A DNA stretch of 64,000 nt from Candidatus Limnocylindria bacterium (GCA_035493435.1 DATJII010000287.1:5723-69722), one strand, 5' to 3'. Shown: positions 17,709-27,901, counted from the stretch's first letter. Notes: generated by a model not told the origin, from the sequence alone. Program-made: numbers and translations.

Positions 17709-18776
17709 ATGAGGACACTCGTGAATCGCCCCTCGCAACGCCGCCGCAGCCGGTATGCCTGCGTCCTGACAATCATCTGCCTGGCCTGGTTGTGGGTCGG
17801 ACCGCATGCGTGGGCTGCCGACAACTGGATTGATGTTTCCGGTGCACTGATCGGGCGATTGACCAACAGCGGCGCAAAACTCGCGTGGCCTGGGGGATGC
17901 TCTGGAGTGGCCGTCAATCGCTTGAACGGGACTGTGACGATCAAAGTGGTCGGTGGCGGGCTTTGGCGCAGTTCCGACAAAGGCACGAACTGGCAACGGA
18001 TTGATAATGACGCTATTTCAGGCCGCGACGAAACTGGTTGGGCTACCAGTGTCGACGCCAACAATCCCACACGGATGGGCAGTTTCTCACTCGATGGGCG
18101 GGCCGGCTTGTTCGATGGGGTTGCTTGGAAACCTTTCACTACTTTGGGCCGCAACTGGGATTTTGGTTCGGTCGATTGGTCAGCGCCAGTTCCCAGCACT
18201 ATTATCGCAGCGAAACACGAAACAGATCCGCCTGGTGAAGTCTATCTAACCCAGGACTGTGGCGCGACTTGGAAGCAACTATCAATTCACCTGTCGGATA
18301 AGCGAGACCGCCTGTCGATGCTCGGTGCCCTTGATTCCGCCACGTTCGTTTACTGCAAGGGGGAGGGTATTCAGCTCAGCAAAGACTTCGGGACCACCTG
18401 GACCGTGGTTTCCGCGGAAAATCCGCAAACACGTGTCCCGGTATTCTTCCGCGGCGCGCATTATTTGGGAGACGCGAAGGGTCTGCTTGTCAGCCCGGAC
18501 AAAGGCGTAACGTGGAAGCGGCAGGGTTCGTCCGTTAATATCTGGCTCGGGCCGTTCTTTGGGCGCAAGGAGACTGAAATGGTGGTCGTTGGAGAAAATG
18601 GCGCCTACAAAACAGGGGATGCCGGAACCACTTGGGCGAAAATCGGGGATCTCAGGCCGAACGGGCCAGGCTTTTCGTTCAAACCCAATTGGTTCGGTTG
18701 TTATGCATGGGATCCCATAAACAACATCCTTTACGCCTCAGCGATGGGGAATCCGGCATACAAGCTTGAACTGTGA
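17709..18776 (+). CDS. Secreted BNR/Asp-box repeat beta-propeller protein
   Basis: It has a signal peptide after MRTLVNRPSQRRR and five Asp-box motifs (SSDKGTNW, TQDCGATW, SKDFGTTW, SPDKGVTW, TGDAGTTW). Confidence 0.75.
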   Translation: MRTLVNRPSQRRRSRYACVLTIICLAWLWVGPHAWAADNWIDVSGALIGRLTNSGAKLAWPGGCSGVAVNRLNGTVTIKVVGGGLWRSSDKGTNWQRIDNDAISGRDETGWATSVDANNPTRMGSFSLDGRAGLFDGVAWKPFTTLGRNWDFGSVDWSAPVPSTIIAAKHETDPPGEVYLTQDCGATWKQLSIHLSDKRDRLSMLGALDSATFVYCKGEGIQLSKDFGTTWTVVSAENPQTRVPVFFRGAHYLGDAKGLLVSPDKGVTWKRQGSSVNIWLGPFFGRKETEMVVVGENGAYKTGDAGTTWAKIGDLRPNGPGFSFKPNWFGCYAWDPINNILYASAMGNPAYKLEL

Positions 18777-19222
18777 AATGTTCCATTCCAAGGCTGGTTC
18801 GAATTTAGTTTTCGGACACCACATTTCACCTTTCATCCCGTCGGCGAACGCAATCGATTTCTGTCAAAAGGAGTATGCGAAAATCGATAGCTTTAATGCC
18901 AAGTTGTGAAATGGGTGCATGAAGCGGGAAATCTTTGGCAGCCCAGCAACTTTCCTGCCGACACCAACCGTGCTTGAAAGGACACCTCCCATGAGACGCC
19001 GCAAGCGCCCGTTTCCGATATGTTCTGCGGGCTGGCGCTTGCCTGTGATTGAAAGATGGGCGCGTGGCTGGCCCGGTCATAGCGGCCGCCTCGACGGAAT
19101 TTAAAAAACATTTTGAACAATTGTCCGCCGTCACACTCCTTTACTTTGTGATACAAAGTGAACCGCATGGTTGTGGTTCAATCAGCCAAGGATAGCATCC
19201 ATTCCATCTCATTTCCGCCGGT

Positions 19223-20800
19223 GTGAAAATTCTCATTATCAATCCGCCTCACCCCTCGATCGGAAGCCGGATCCCTCGCGAGCACTTGCCTCCACTGGGA
19301 TTGCTATCGCTGGGTGGACCGCTGATCGATGCCGGCCACTCCGTGAAGCTGCTTGACGCAGAATTCGGGCCGATGACCGTTCCTAAGATAACCGCTGAAG
19401 TTATCGATTTCCAACCCGATGCGGTGCTGGTCGGGCACTCAGGCTCAACTTCCGGTCATCCATCGGGCGTCAGGATCATGCGGTCGGTCCGGGCCGCGCT
19501 GCCGCAGGCGTGGATTGTTTATGGCGGCCCGTATCCCACTTACCATTCATCACAGATTTTAGACGAAGAAGCGGAGATCGATTTCATCGTCCGGGGTGAG
19601 GGGGAAGAAACCATTGTCCGGTTGGTCACCGCCCTTGAACAGCGGCAGCCATTGGAGAGCGTTCCCGGCATTGTCTTCCGAAGGGATACCACCCCTGAGC
19701 CGCGCCGGCTCCCGGAGTCTGCCCGCTCGCCACAGGGCGGGATTCAGGTAAATCCCCCTGCCCCGGTGATACGCCATCTTGACGCTTGCCGGGTCGGCTG
19801 GGAGCTCATCGAGCATCGCCGCTATACTTATTACGGGAAACGGCGGGCCGTGGTCGTGCAATTCTCCCGGGGCTGCCCGCACCGCTGCCACTATTGCGGG
19901 CAGCATAGTTTCTGGCGGACTTGGCGGCACCGGGATCCGGAGAAGTTTGCCGCCGAACTGGCGTGGCTTCACCGCGAGCACGGCGTGACGCTCATTAATT
20001 TCGCCGACGAAAATCCAACGGCATCCCGGGCGGCGTGGAAGGCGTTCTTAGAGGCCCTGATCCGCGAAAACGTCCCCCTCATCCTCATCGGCACCACCCG
20101 GGCAAGCGATATCGTGCGGGACGCCGATATCCTGCACCTCTATAAGAAGGCCGGCGTCGCCCGGTTCTTGCTCGGTTTGGAGAGCACCGATGATGCCACG
20201 TTGCAGGCGATTCACAAAGGCAGCACCACGGCGATCGATCGTGAAGCGATCCGGCTGATGAGGCAGCACGGCATTATCTCCATGGCCGCCTGGGTGGCTG
20301 GTTTTGCACAAGAAAGCGACCGCGACTATTGGCGGACTCTCCGGCAGCTTCTGTCTTATGATCCCGACCAAATTCAAGCCTTGTACGCCACCCCGCATAG
20401 CTGGACCCCCTTTGCGACGCAAGAGGCCAAACACCGGGTGATCCAGACGGATCTCAGCCGCTGGGATTACAAGCATCAGGTTCTCGAAAGCCAGCGCGTG
20501 CCTAATTGGCGGGTGATGCTATGGGTGAAAATGATCGAGGTAATCTGCCAGACTCGCCCCAAGTCGCTGTTCCGCCTCCTGGCTCATCCCGAGGAACGAT
20601 TCCGGGCAGGAATGCGCTGGTACTCGATCATCGGCCGCCGGGTTTGGTTTTTCGAACTATGGCAATGGCTGTTTCACGACCACCGGGTGAGCAACGGCCC
20701 CACCGTGAGCGAGTTCCTCGCCGGCGCCAAGGCGCAACCGCGCCCTTTGGCGGCGGCCTCTTTTGCCCAAGGTATAAGAGTCGGCGAGGCGGTTCGTTAA
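19223..20800 (+). CDS. Cobalamin-binding (class B) radical SAM enzyme, BchE/HpnR-like
   Basis: GTG start. It has an N-terminal B12-binding-domain pattern (MKILIINPPHPSIGSRIPREHLPPLGLLSLGGPLIDAGHSVKLLDAE). It also has the radical SAM cluster motif CPHRCHYC (CxxxCxxC). Confidence 0.85.
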   Translation: MKILIINPPHPSIGSRIPREHLPPLGLLSLGGPLIDAGHSVKLLDAEFGPMTVPKITAEVIDFQPDAVLVGHSGSTSGHPSGVRIMRSVRAALPQAWIVYGGPYPTYHSSQILDEEAEIDFIVRGEGEETIVRLVTALEQRQPLESVPGIVFRRDTTPEPRRLPESARSPQGGIQVNPPAPVIRHLDACRVGWELIEHRRYTYYGKRRAVVVQFSRGCPHRCHYCGQHSFWRTWRHRDPEKFAAELAWLHREHGVTLINFADENPTASRAAWKAFLEALIRENVPLILIGTTRASDIVRDADILHLYKKAGVARFLLGLESTDDATLQAIHKGSTTAIDREAIRLMRQHGIISMAAWVAGFAQESDRDYWRTLRQLLSYDPDQIQALYATPHSWTPFATQEAKHRVIQTDLSRWDYKHQVLESQRVPNWRVMLWVKMIEVICQTRPKSLFRLLAHPEERFRAGMRWYSIIGRRVWFFELWQWLFHDHRVSNGPTVSEFLAGAKAQPRPLAAASFAQGIRVGEAVR

Positions 20801-20872
20801 ACACTTTTGTCGTCGTGTTTAAGCAGGCAAGAATCAGAAGGAAAACATGACCGAACGAAAGTCCTGTAATAA

Positions 20873-22207
20873 TTGATCACCATGCGCCTTCTCCTTCTCC
20901 TTTCGATTGCCATCTCCCTGGGCGTGTTCACCGTGCGGGGCGAGGATTGGCCGCAATTCCGCGGTCCAGGCGGGCGCGCGGTTTCCGAATCGGCGACCCC
21001 TCCCATCGGCTTTGGGCCCTCCAGCAATCTCCTCTGGAAAGTTGCGATTCCAGAGGGCGTCTCCTCGCCAATCGTTACGGGCGATCGGATTTTTCTCACC
21101 GCGCCAACCGCGAAAAAGACCGAGACCTTCCCCCTGTCTGGCGAACTCAATTTTCTTACCGCAGACACCGGAAATAAGATCGAAACCATCGCCCTCGATC
21201 GCCGAGACGGTCGCATTCTCTGGAAGCGCGGCCTAGGCAGCGAAGGCACTCCCACCCCGACGCCGGTTACCGATGGAAAATCCGTCTACGTCTATTTTGG
21301 CTCGATTGGTGTGATTGCGTATAGCCTCGATGGCCAGGAGCTATGGCGTCACCCGATCGCCAAACCAGACTTCTCAGCCAGTTCCTCTCCCATCTTGATC
21401 GATGACAAATTCATCATTGTCTGTGATCGGGAAACCGACTCGTTCGTCGAAGCTCTCGACAAGAAAACTGGCCGCTCGCTTTGGCGCGCCGAACGCCCGC
21501 AATTTCGGCGCGCCCGCGCGACTCCCTTTCATTGGAAGCACGGCCACGAGGAGGAATTGATCGTATCCGGCTCCTTCGCGCTCACCTCCTACGATCCAAA
21601 CACCGGCGCGCAAAAATGGCGTTTCCCGGGCGCGGCGCGTTGGGCGATGAGTTCGCCCGCCGTGGGCGAAAACCTGATCTTCGCCCTAACCATGAAAGAT
21701 GGCTTTGGCGAGACTCCAGATGAGGACGGCGTTCCCACCATTGGAATCCCCACCTACGATCTGACCCAACTCACCGGGACGGAGCCTCCCAAAGCCGCCA
21801 GCGCGCTCCGCGCGATTCGCCCCGGCGGCTGCACCGTCGTTGTTTGGAATAGCGTCCGCAGCCTTCCCTACGGCAATTCCCCACTCTACTACCAGGGCCG
21901 CCTTTTCACCGTCAAATCAGGCGGCTTCGTCACGGCCTACAACGCTAAAACTGGCGAATCCATTTACCGGGACGAACGGATCAACGCGCCCGATGACTAT
22001 TGGTCCTCCCCCATCGCCGCCGCCGGCCGCGTTTACTTCGCCTCCGAAAAAGGAATTGTCACCGTGATGGACGCCACCGCCGACAAACCGACGATCCTGG
22101 CCCAAAATAAACTCGACGAACAAATCCTGGCCACGCCCGCGCTGATCGACCAAACCATCCTTATCCGCACCGCCAAGAACCTATACTCCTTCGGCACGTC
22201 CAAATGA
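20873..22207 (+). CDS. Secreted PQQ-like (BamB-like) beta-propeller repeat protein
   Basis: After the signal peptide comes EDWPQFRGPGGRAVS, the typical N-terminus of this family. Repeated propeller blades follow. Confidence 0.8.
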   Translation: MITMRLLLLLSIAISLGVFTVRGEDWPQFRGPGGRAVSESATPPIGFGPSSNLLWKVAIPEGVSSPIVTGDRIFLTAPTAKKTETFPLSGELNFLTADTGNKIETIALDRRDGRILWKRGLGSEGTPTPTPVTDGKSVYVYFGSIGVIAYSLDGQELWRHPIAKPDFSASSSPILIDDKFIIVCDRETDSFVEALDKKTGRSLWRAERPQFRRARATPFHWKHGHEEELIVSGSFALTSYDPNTGAQKWRFPGAARWAMSSPAVGENLIFALTMKDGFGETPDEDGVPTIGIPTYDLTQLTGTEPPKAASALRAIRPGGCTVVVWNSVRSLPYGNSPLYYQGRLFTVKSGGFVTAYNAKTGESIYRDERINAPDDYWSSPIAAAGRVYFASEKGIVTVMDATADKPTILAQNKLDEQILATPALIDQTILIRTAKNLYSFGTSK

Positions 22208-22476
22208 GGCCGGCATCATAATGGCGCCACGCGAAGGTTGCTTAGGCGCCTAAAAGCTACCTGTGTCGGGGTCGGCTTTTCCGCGACCGGCCTACAGATA
22301 CTCGGCCAAGGGTATCAAATGTGGTGATAGATTTTTGCTCCGAACACTTCGGGAATAAGCGCAAAACCTCTGCAAACGGATGAGAACTGATTCACCCAAG
22401 TAGTAGAAAAGTTGGTTGAATTGCTTCACCGCATCCCAATTCCACTTCCTCCCGAAGCACTTGCTCCGGATGCGCA

Positions 22477-23856
22477 ATGCTGGATTATTTCCCCAGTATG
22501 AAACTGGACGAACTCCTAAACGGTTCCGCACCTACCGTCTCGGAATGGCTATCACACCGGAAACTGCTGCACGAGTGCGACTGTGGCTACCGAGTTTACG
22601 ATCCCGATGCAGTCAATGAGGCCGTGCAGGAGAAGTTTGGCGACCGTCGGTCCGATGAAATCTACGACTGGGCCTGCAATCTTTCGAATCAGTTTGGTTG
22701 GCTGTTCATTGAAACCTCGCAACCAAAATACGACATCTATCACTGCCAACACTGTGCCGGGTCGGAGTTCACACTGATGATGGACATGACGAAAATCGCG
22801 GAGAAAACCGAGCGCTGCAGCACCAAGACAGCGAAAAAAACGAATCCTCCCCGGACACGCCGAAAAAAATACGCCGTCTTCATTGACGAGTCGTACTCGA
22901 ACGAATTTCCGCGCAAACCAGACGGATCGCTCGCGCTGGCCGCCTTCATTGTGGCTCAAGAGGAGGTTGCGAAGCTCGAACCTAGCCTCGCCAAAATTCT
23001 CTCCGCCGCCTACCGGAGCCAAGTTCCCAACGAGATCAAATACAGCCGGCTTTCCAAGCGCCCCGGTCTATTGGAGCGCGTAGGGCGTGGCATCAGCGAT
23101 CTCATTTGCTCGCTTCGGTCCAGCGCTATTATTTCAATCTACGTTCCCAGCGAAGGGTGGCTCCAAGAACCCGTCCGGGCTGTTCGCGCCCTTGCAAGCT
23201 ATGCCAATACCAGCCCCACTCCAGCAGACCTAAGTAATGCCACATCACATGACAAAGTCGAGGCAGCCGTTCGTGAATCGGTCACCCGGTTGGCTCAGAC
23301 CGTCGCCTTTGCGGTGGGACAATTCCTCGGCTCCCAAAATTTTGCAGGGGAAATTTGGCTCGATCCGCGCTCGAAGAAGCTCGACGACGATTTGCGCCAA
23401 CAACTCGTGAAATTCTTGCCGCTGACTCCCATCCATGTTCCGCTAATTCCGCACGCCGGAACGATAGTCACTCCTGTACCGAGTTCTAAAATGCCGCGCC
23501 TTGGTCGGCGCATTAAAATCAAGTTTGACGCTTCCTCTCACAAGTCCGCAGGCCTCCAGATCGCCGATTTTCTAGCGGGAGATATACGGACTTTCTTTGC
23601 AGACATCCCTGAAATCTTGACTGATGGGATGGTGGACGAGCCACTCGTCAATTCTCGTATCTTTTTTCCGGAAGTCTTCCGACCGATACCGCTTGTTGCG
23701 GGCACTCGGCAAAAAATCGCCGATTACACCGGAGCCTCGCTGTTGCCGCATTATCGCATTAAATTGGTCAAAGATCTGGTTTCTTGCTATACCAAGAATG
23801 GACAAATGAGGAACGTGAATCTCGGTAAAGGCATCGCCTATGACCTCATGGACTGA
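22477..23856 (+). CDS. DUF3800-domain protein with an N-terminal Cys/His zinc-ribbon-like extension
   Basis: The DUF3800 hallmarks are YAVFIDESYS (the conserved DE) and SAGLQIADFLAGDI near the C-terminal third. The N-terminal 130 aa contain HECDC (aa 32-36) and HCQHC (aa 89-93), followed by a basic linker (KKTNPPRTRRKK). Confidence 0.65.
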   Translation: MLDYFPSMKLDELLNGSAPTVSEWLSHRKLLHECDCGYRVYDPDAVNEAVQEKFGDRRSDEIYDWACNLSNQFGWLFIETSQPKYDIYHCQHCAGSEFTLMMDMTKIAEKTERCSTKTAKKTNPPRTRRKKYAVFIDESYSNEFPRKPDGSLALAAFIVAQEEVAKLEPSLAKILSAAYRSQVPNEIKYSRLSKRPGLLERVGRGISDLICSLRSSAIISIYVPSEGWLQEPVRAVRALASYANTSPTPADLSNATSHDKVEAAVRESVTRLAQTVAFAVGQFLGSQNFAGEIWLDPRSKKLDDDLRQQLVKFLPLTPIHVPLIPHAGTIVTPVPSSKMPRLGRRIKIKFDASSHKSAGLQIADFLAGDIRTFFADIPEILTDGMVDEPLVNSRIFFPEVFRPIPLVAGTRQKIADYTGASLLPHYRIKLVKDLVSCYTKNGQMRNVNLGKGIAYDLMD

Positions 23857-24115
23857 AGTCAAGAGACCATGTGTAGAGATTCAGGCCGCCATCTCAGAAA
23901 ATCCAGTTCTAGGTGTCATGTCCCTTGATCAAATCCCTTTCTCTTGACGTACGCCAAACAGCCCGAAAAAGCAATTCGAGAAAATAATTAATTAGTTTTG
24001 TTAGCTCTGAAAAAGCACTATTGGGACATAATAATTATCGCGTAGGCCGCCGATTACATCCCTCACCTCCCGTTGCATTCCCAGCGCGTCAACGTTTGGA
24101 ACCCTATACGGACAC

Positions 24116-26014
24116 TTACCGGTCGGCGGCCTTGGTCAGTTCGAAGGTGTCGAACAGGCGGCCTTCGAGATCGTAGGCTTTGAACTGGATGGTCCGGTCA
24201 TGCACCGTGGCAAAACAGAAGTGGTGCCCCCGCTGGACATGGATGGAGAACCAGGAGCGTTGCGGGCCTGCCTGTTCCAGCGTGCCGCCGCCGCCGCCGC
24301 TGGTAATATAGCGGACGCCCTTCTTCTGGTTGATCGTCATCTGCAGGATCGGCCAGGTGCGCTCGTAGCTGTGGATATGCCCGGCGAACGCGATATCCAC
24401 CCCGTATTTCTCGTAGAGCGGGACCAGATCCTTGACGTGATCCTCGCCGGTTTCGAAGGCCTCGGGCGTCTTGCCCTTCCATTTGTCTCCGTAGTCGTCC
24501 TCGTCGGAATTGAAACAAGGGTGGTGGTGCGCGGCAAATTTCCAGGTGGCGGTGGAGGCTGCGAAGGCAGCCTCCAGCTTGTTATATTGCTCGCTGCCCT
24601 TGCGACAATTCTTGTTGGAATCGATCATGAAGAATTCCGCGTTGCCCACCTTGAAGGTATAGAAATACTCCGGCTCCGGCATGCTGAAATAATCGTAGTA
24701 CCAGTGGGCGTTTTTCTCGTGATTGCCGATCACCGGGAAGGTGGGCACGTAGGCGAAAAGCCGTTCGCAAGGCACGAAGAGATCGTTCACCCATTGGTGC
24801 TTGGCAAAGCCGTCATCCACCACGTCGCCGCAATGGAGGGTGAAGGTGGGGCGCAACGCGAAAATGCCCTCGGAGCACCGCCGGGTAATCTCGGGGTTCC
24901 GCTGGGTGTCGCCCATGACACCGAAAGCCCAGGGCATATCCTTCTCCGGCATCGTCTGGAAAGAGAACACGTCGCTCCGGGCAATATTCCCGGCCGTGTC
25001 CACGCAGGTGACACGGTAGAAATAGATCGTGAAAGGTTTGAGATTCTCCAGTCGCACCTCGCTGATGGCGGCGGCGTTCGTGGCCGTCACTTTGTTGGTC
25101 AACGGCTGCCGTTCCGCGTACTCGACCGTCATGACGGCCGGCTGGGTGGTTTCGCAGAGAATCCGCATCCCGGTGGTGGTGCCGAATTGGAGATAGGGCT
25201 TCACGACAAACTGGAGTTCGGCGTTGACCGGTGGCCGGTAGTCGAGGAGCGACTGATTGCTGGCGACGGTCTCCAGGATTTCCGTCTGGGTCAGCGCCCG
25301 GGCGTAGGTTTTGACTTCATAGAGAGAGCCTTCCAACGTCTCGATTTCGTTGAGATTCGATAACGCGCCGAGGGTGTAGCGGCCTTTTTCGGGATAGATA
25401 ATATCGCCCGATTGCTCCTGGCTTTCGCCGTCCGCCTGGCCATCGAGAAAAAGCCGCATGGTCTTGCCGTCGTACACCGCCGCAAGGTGATGCCAGCGAC
25501 CAGGGGTGATGGCCGTGCCGCCGATCAACCGGGTGTGTTTACCATCGCCGTCATCCGCGCCGGTCGATGAAAGAATGAAATGAACGTGGCCCTTCTGATA
25601 ACCGAGATGCCAGCCTTTCTGTACCCCTCTCCGATCTTGAAGGAGGCCCAGGATTCCACCGGCGGAGGCGGGATCGTCGAGGAAAACCCAGGTGGCCACG
25701 GTCATCTCCCTTTTGGGCAACAAGCTGGCCGCCTCGGCAGGCGTCTCCGCGATGGTGAGATAGTCTGCGACTCCGTTGAAGGCGAGCACCTGCGCCGGAC
25801 CCAGATTGGTAAGCACGGGGGCACCGATAATCTTGGCCTTGGCCTTGTGGGTCAGGTCTTCCCATTGGCCATTTTCCGGACGGTGCGTGCCGGTGGCGAA
25901 ATGCATCAAGAGGTCGCGCTCGACCTTGTCCTCGTGCGCGAACAGCGGTGTTACCGCGGCCAGAGACAAGTACGCGACAAGGATCTGGAAGAGCAAGGAT
26001 GGGGATTGCTTCAT
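24116..26014 (-). CDS. Secreted LamG (concanavalin-like) domain fused to a purple-acid-phosphatase-type metallophosphoesterase
   Basis: I chose the start at MKQSPSLLFQILVAYLSLAAVTPLFA, which forms a signal peptide. The LamG part contains MTVATWVF...WHHLAAVYDGKTMRLFLDG. The PAP part contains FGVMGDTQ, HCGDVVDDG, VIGNHE, AAHHHP and GHIHSYER. Confidence 0.85.
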   Translation of the reverse strand: MKQSPSLLFQILVAYLSLAAVTPLFAHEDKVERDLLMHFATGTHRPENGQWEDLTHKAKAKIIGAPVLTNLGPAQVLAFNGVADYLTIAETPAEAASLLPKREMTVATWVFLDDPASAGGILGLLQDRRGVQKGWHLGYQKGHVHFILSSTGADDGDGKHTRLIGGTAITPGRWHHLAAVYDGKTMRLFLDGQADGESQEQSGDIIYPEKGRYTLGALSNLNEIETLEGSLYEVKTYARALTQTEILETVASNQSLLDYRPPVNAELQFVVKPYLQFGTTTGMRILCETTQPAVMTVEYAERQPLTNKVTATNAAAISEVRLENLKPFTIYFYRVTCVDTAGNIARSDVFSFQTMPEKDMPWAFGVMGDTQRNPEITRRCSEGIFALRPTFTLHCGDVVDDGFAKHQWVNDLFVPCERLFAYVPTFPVIGNHEKNAHWYYDYFSMPEPEYFYTFKVGNAEFFMIDSNKNCRKGSEQYNKLEAAFAASTATWKFAAHHHPCFNSDEDDYGDKWKGKTPEAFETGEDHVKDLVPLYEKYGVDIAFAGHIHSYERTWPILQMTINQKKGVRYITSGGGGGTLEQAGPQRSWFSIHVQRGHHFCFATVHDRTIQFKAYDLEGRLFDTFELTKAADR

Positions 26015-26441
26015 GACTGATGATTCAAACCGCGTTGTGACGAACGCGGCGGGGACAATGTTCAGAAATGGGCGTTGTTCACAAGCGGAGCATGGCAACG
26101 ATTCGGCAACGCCGGGGCAATACCCAAATCGTTTCGTAATCTCTGTGAATCTGTGGATTATTTCCTCCTCCAGTTCGTCAAAAAAACAAAGGGATTTGGT
26201 CCGCAGATTTACGGCAAAGAGTGCACAGATTGAAAAACAGAAAAGGTTGACGTCGATAGGCCGCTTTTTTAAGTGGGAAGCTCCGTCCAAGAGTGACATC
26301 AGCCGGGTTTTGCACCAAGCTCAACACTCGTACGACATGTGAATCCATGTGCTTCGTTGATGCGCCAGTAGCCATCGACGATTTAGGGCCGCGATCTGGG
26401 CCCAATCACCAAAACCACCTCACCAACCCCTTGGAAAAACC

Positions 26442-26954
26442 ATGCAAAAGAAAATCGACCTTAAGAGCATGATCCTTGGCTCGGCCATGACCGCAGTCGT
26501 TATGCTGTCAGTCGCGGCAGCCACCACCAACCGGGAGCCCGCTGGTTCGAGCGCCACTAATGGCGACAATCAAACGGAAAAAGTCACCGGCATTGGCGGT
26601 ATCTTTTTCAAAGTGCGCGAGCCCAAAAAACTGGCGGCCTGGTATCGTGATCATCTGGGCATCCAAAGCAGGGGTGGATACGCCGATTTTACCTGGCGAG
26701 AGAAGGATAACCCTGATCGTATAGGCCACACGACTTGGACGCTCTTTCCCACCAATACCACCTACTTCGGTTCTTCGACGACGGCAACGATGATGATCGA
26801 TTATCGGGTGGCCAATCTGGAGCGGCTGCTGGCCCAGCTTCGCACTGACGGAATAGCGGTAGAGAAGGTAGACGACCAACCTTACGGCCGCTTCGCGTGG
26901 GTCACCGATCCGGAAGGCAACCGGATTGAGTTGTGGGAACCCAAGGGTAAATGA
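26442..26954 (+). CDS. VOC (glyoxalase/bleomycin-resistance fold) family protein with an N-terminal TM or signal segment
   Basis: Motifs: VTGIGGIFFKVREPKKLAAWYRDHLGI and YGRFAWVTDPEGNRIELWEP. Confidence 0.8.
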   Translation: MQKKIDLKSMILGSAMTAVVMLSVAAATTNREPAGSSATNGDNQTEKVTGIGGIFFKVREPKKLAAWYRDHLGIQSRGGYADFTWREKDNPDRIGHTTWTLFPTNTTYFGSSTTATMMIDYRVANLERLLAQLRTDGIAVEKVDDQPYGRFAWVTDPEGNRIELWEPKGK

Positions 26955-27002
26955 AGCCTTTGACTTTTGCGCCCTCGCCGCTGGGACCTAGCTTTGCGCT
27001 CG

Positions 27003-27653
27003 ATGAATCGCATTCCCATCCGCTTCGGACTCCTCGCGGTATTGCTGGTGACCCTGTTCTCAGGCTGCCAGACCGCGTACTACGACATGATGGAAACGTT
27101 CGGCATCGAGAAGCGCGACCTGCTCAAAAAAGCCGTCACCCGCGCACGGGACGAACAGAAGGAAGCGGGCGAGGAATTCAAGGATGCCCTGACACGTCTC
27201 CAGCAGGCTTACGGGGGCACGGGCACCGACCTTGAAAAGACCTACTCCAAATTGAAATCGAGTCTCGAACGGTGCGAATCCGAGGCAGCCGACGTGAAAA
27301 AGCGGATCAAGGACATGGATCGGGTCGCCTCCGATCTTTTCGCGGAATGGGAAGGCGAGATTGGCCGTTTTTCCAATCCGACCTTTGCCTCGGACAGCCG
27401 CCAGAAACTTTTCGATACCCGGAGCAAATATCAGCAACTGTCCGCGTCCCTGCGGAGTGCGGAAGCGAAAATGGAACCCGTCCTGAGATCGTTCCAGGAA
27501 AACGTCCTCTACCTGAAACACAACCTCAACGCGGCCGCCATCGGCTCGCTCCACGGCGAAGCCTCGCGCATCGAAACACAAATCCAGGCGCTCATTTCCG
27601 AAATGAACAGTTCGATCTCGGAGGCCGACGCATTTATCAAGACGTTGAATTGA
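27003..27653 (+). CDS. DUF2959-family lipoprotein
   Basis: It has a lipobox (LLVTLFSGCQ), then TAYYDMMETFGIEKRDLLKKAV and a long coiled-coil-like helical body typical of DUF2959. Confidence 0.7.
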   Translation: MNRIPIRFGLLAVLLVTLFSGCQTAYYDMMETFGIEKRDLLKKAVTRARDEQKEAGEEFKDALTRLQQAYGGTGTDLEKTYSKLKSSLERCESEAADVKKRIKDMDRVASDLFAEWEGEIGRFSNPTFASDSRQKLFDTRSKYQQLSASLRSAEAKMEPVLRSFQENVLYLKHNLNAAAIGSLHGEASRIETQIQALISEMNSSISEADAFIKTLN

Positions 27654-27901
27654 GACTGAGGTTCCAATACGTCCGGCCGTCATCGCTCTCTCGCCCGGTT
27701 TTCAGATCCAGACATCAGAAACGTCGGGAGCCACGCTGACGCGGCATCTCCGGCAGATTTCCAGCCAATCTCCTCAAAAACCCACACCCGCGGTCCGATT
27801 CAAGTAGATGGCGAGTTGCAAACTGGGAGAAACATCGGCGTATCCGCCGAGCTATTATTATAGATTAATAGCCAATGAGAGGCCACCACTCTGTCACGAT
27901 T

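Noticed and set aside
18780-19222. A possible cobalamin riboswitch in the 440 bp gene-free region upstream of the B12-dependent radical SAM gene. The region contains GCGGGAAATC and several short stems.
   Set aside because: I could not find the conserved B12-box (GCCACTG-like) or the GGTG..AA..CC core in the expected arrangement. An Rfam/Infernal scan (RF00174) would be decisive, but the motif evidence by eye is insufficient.
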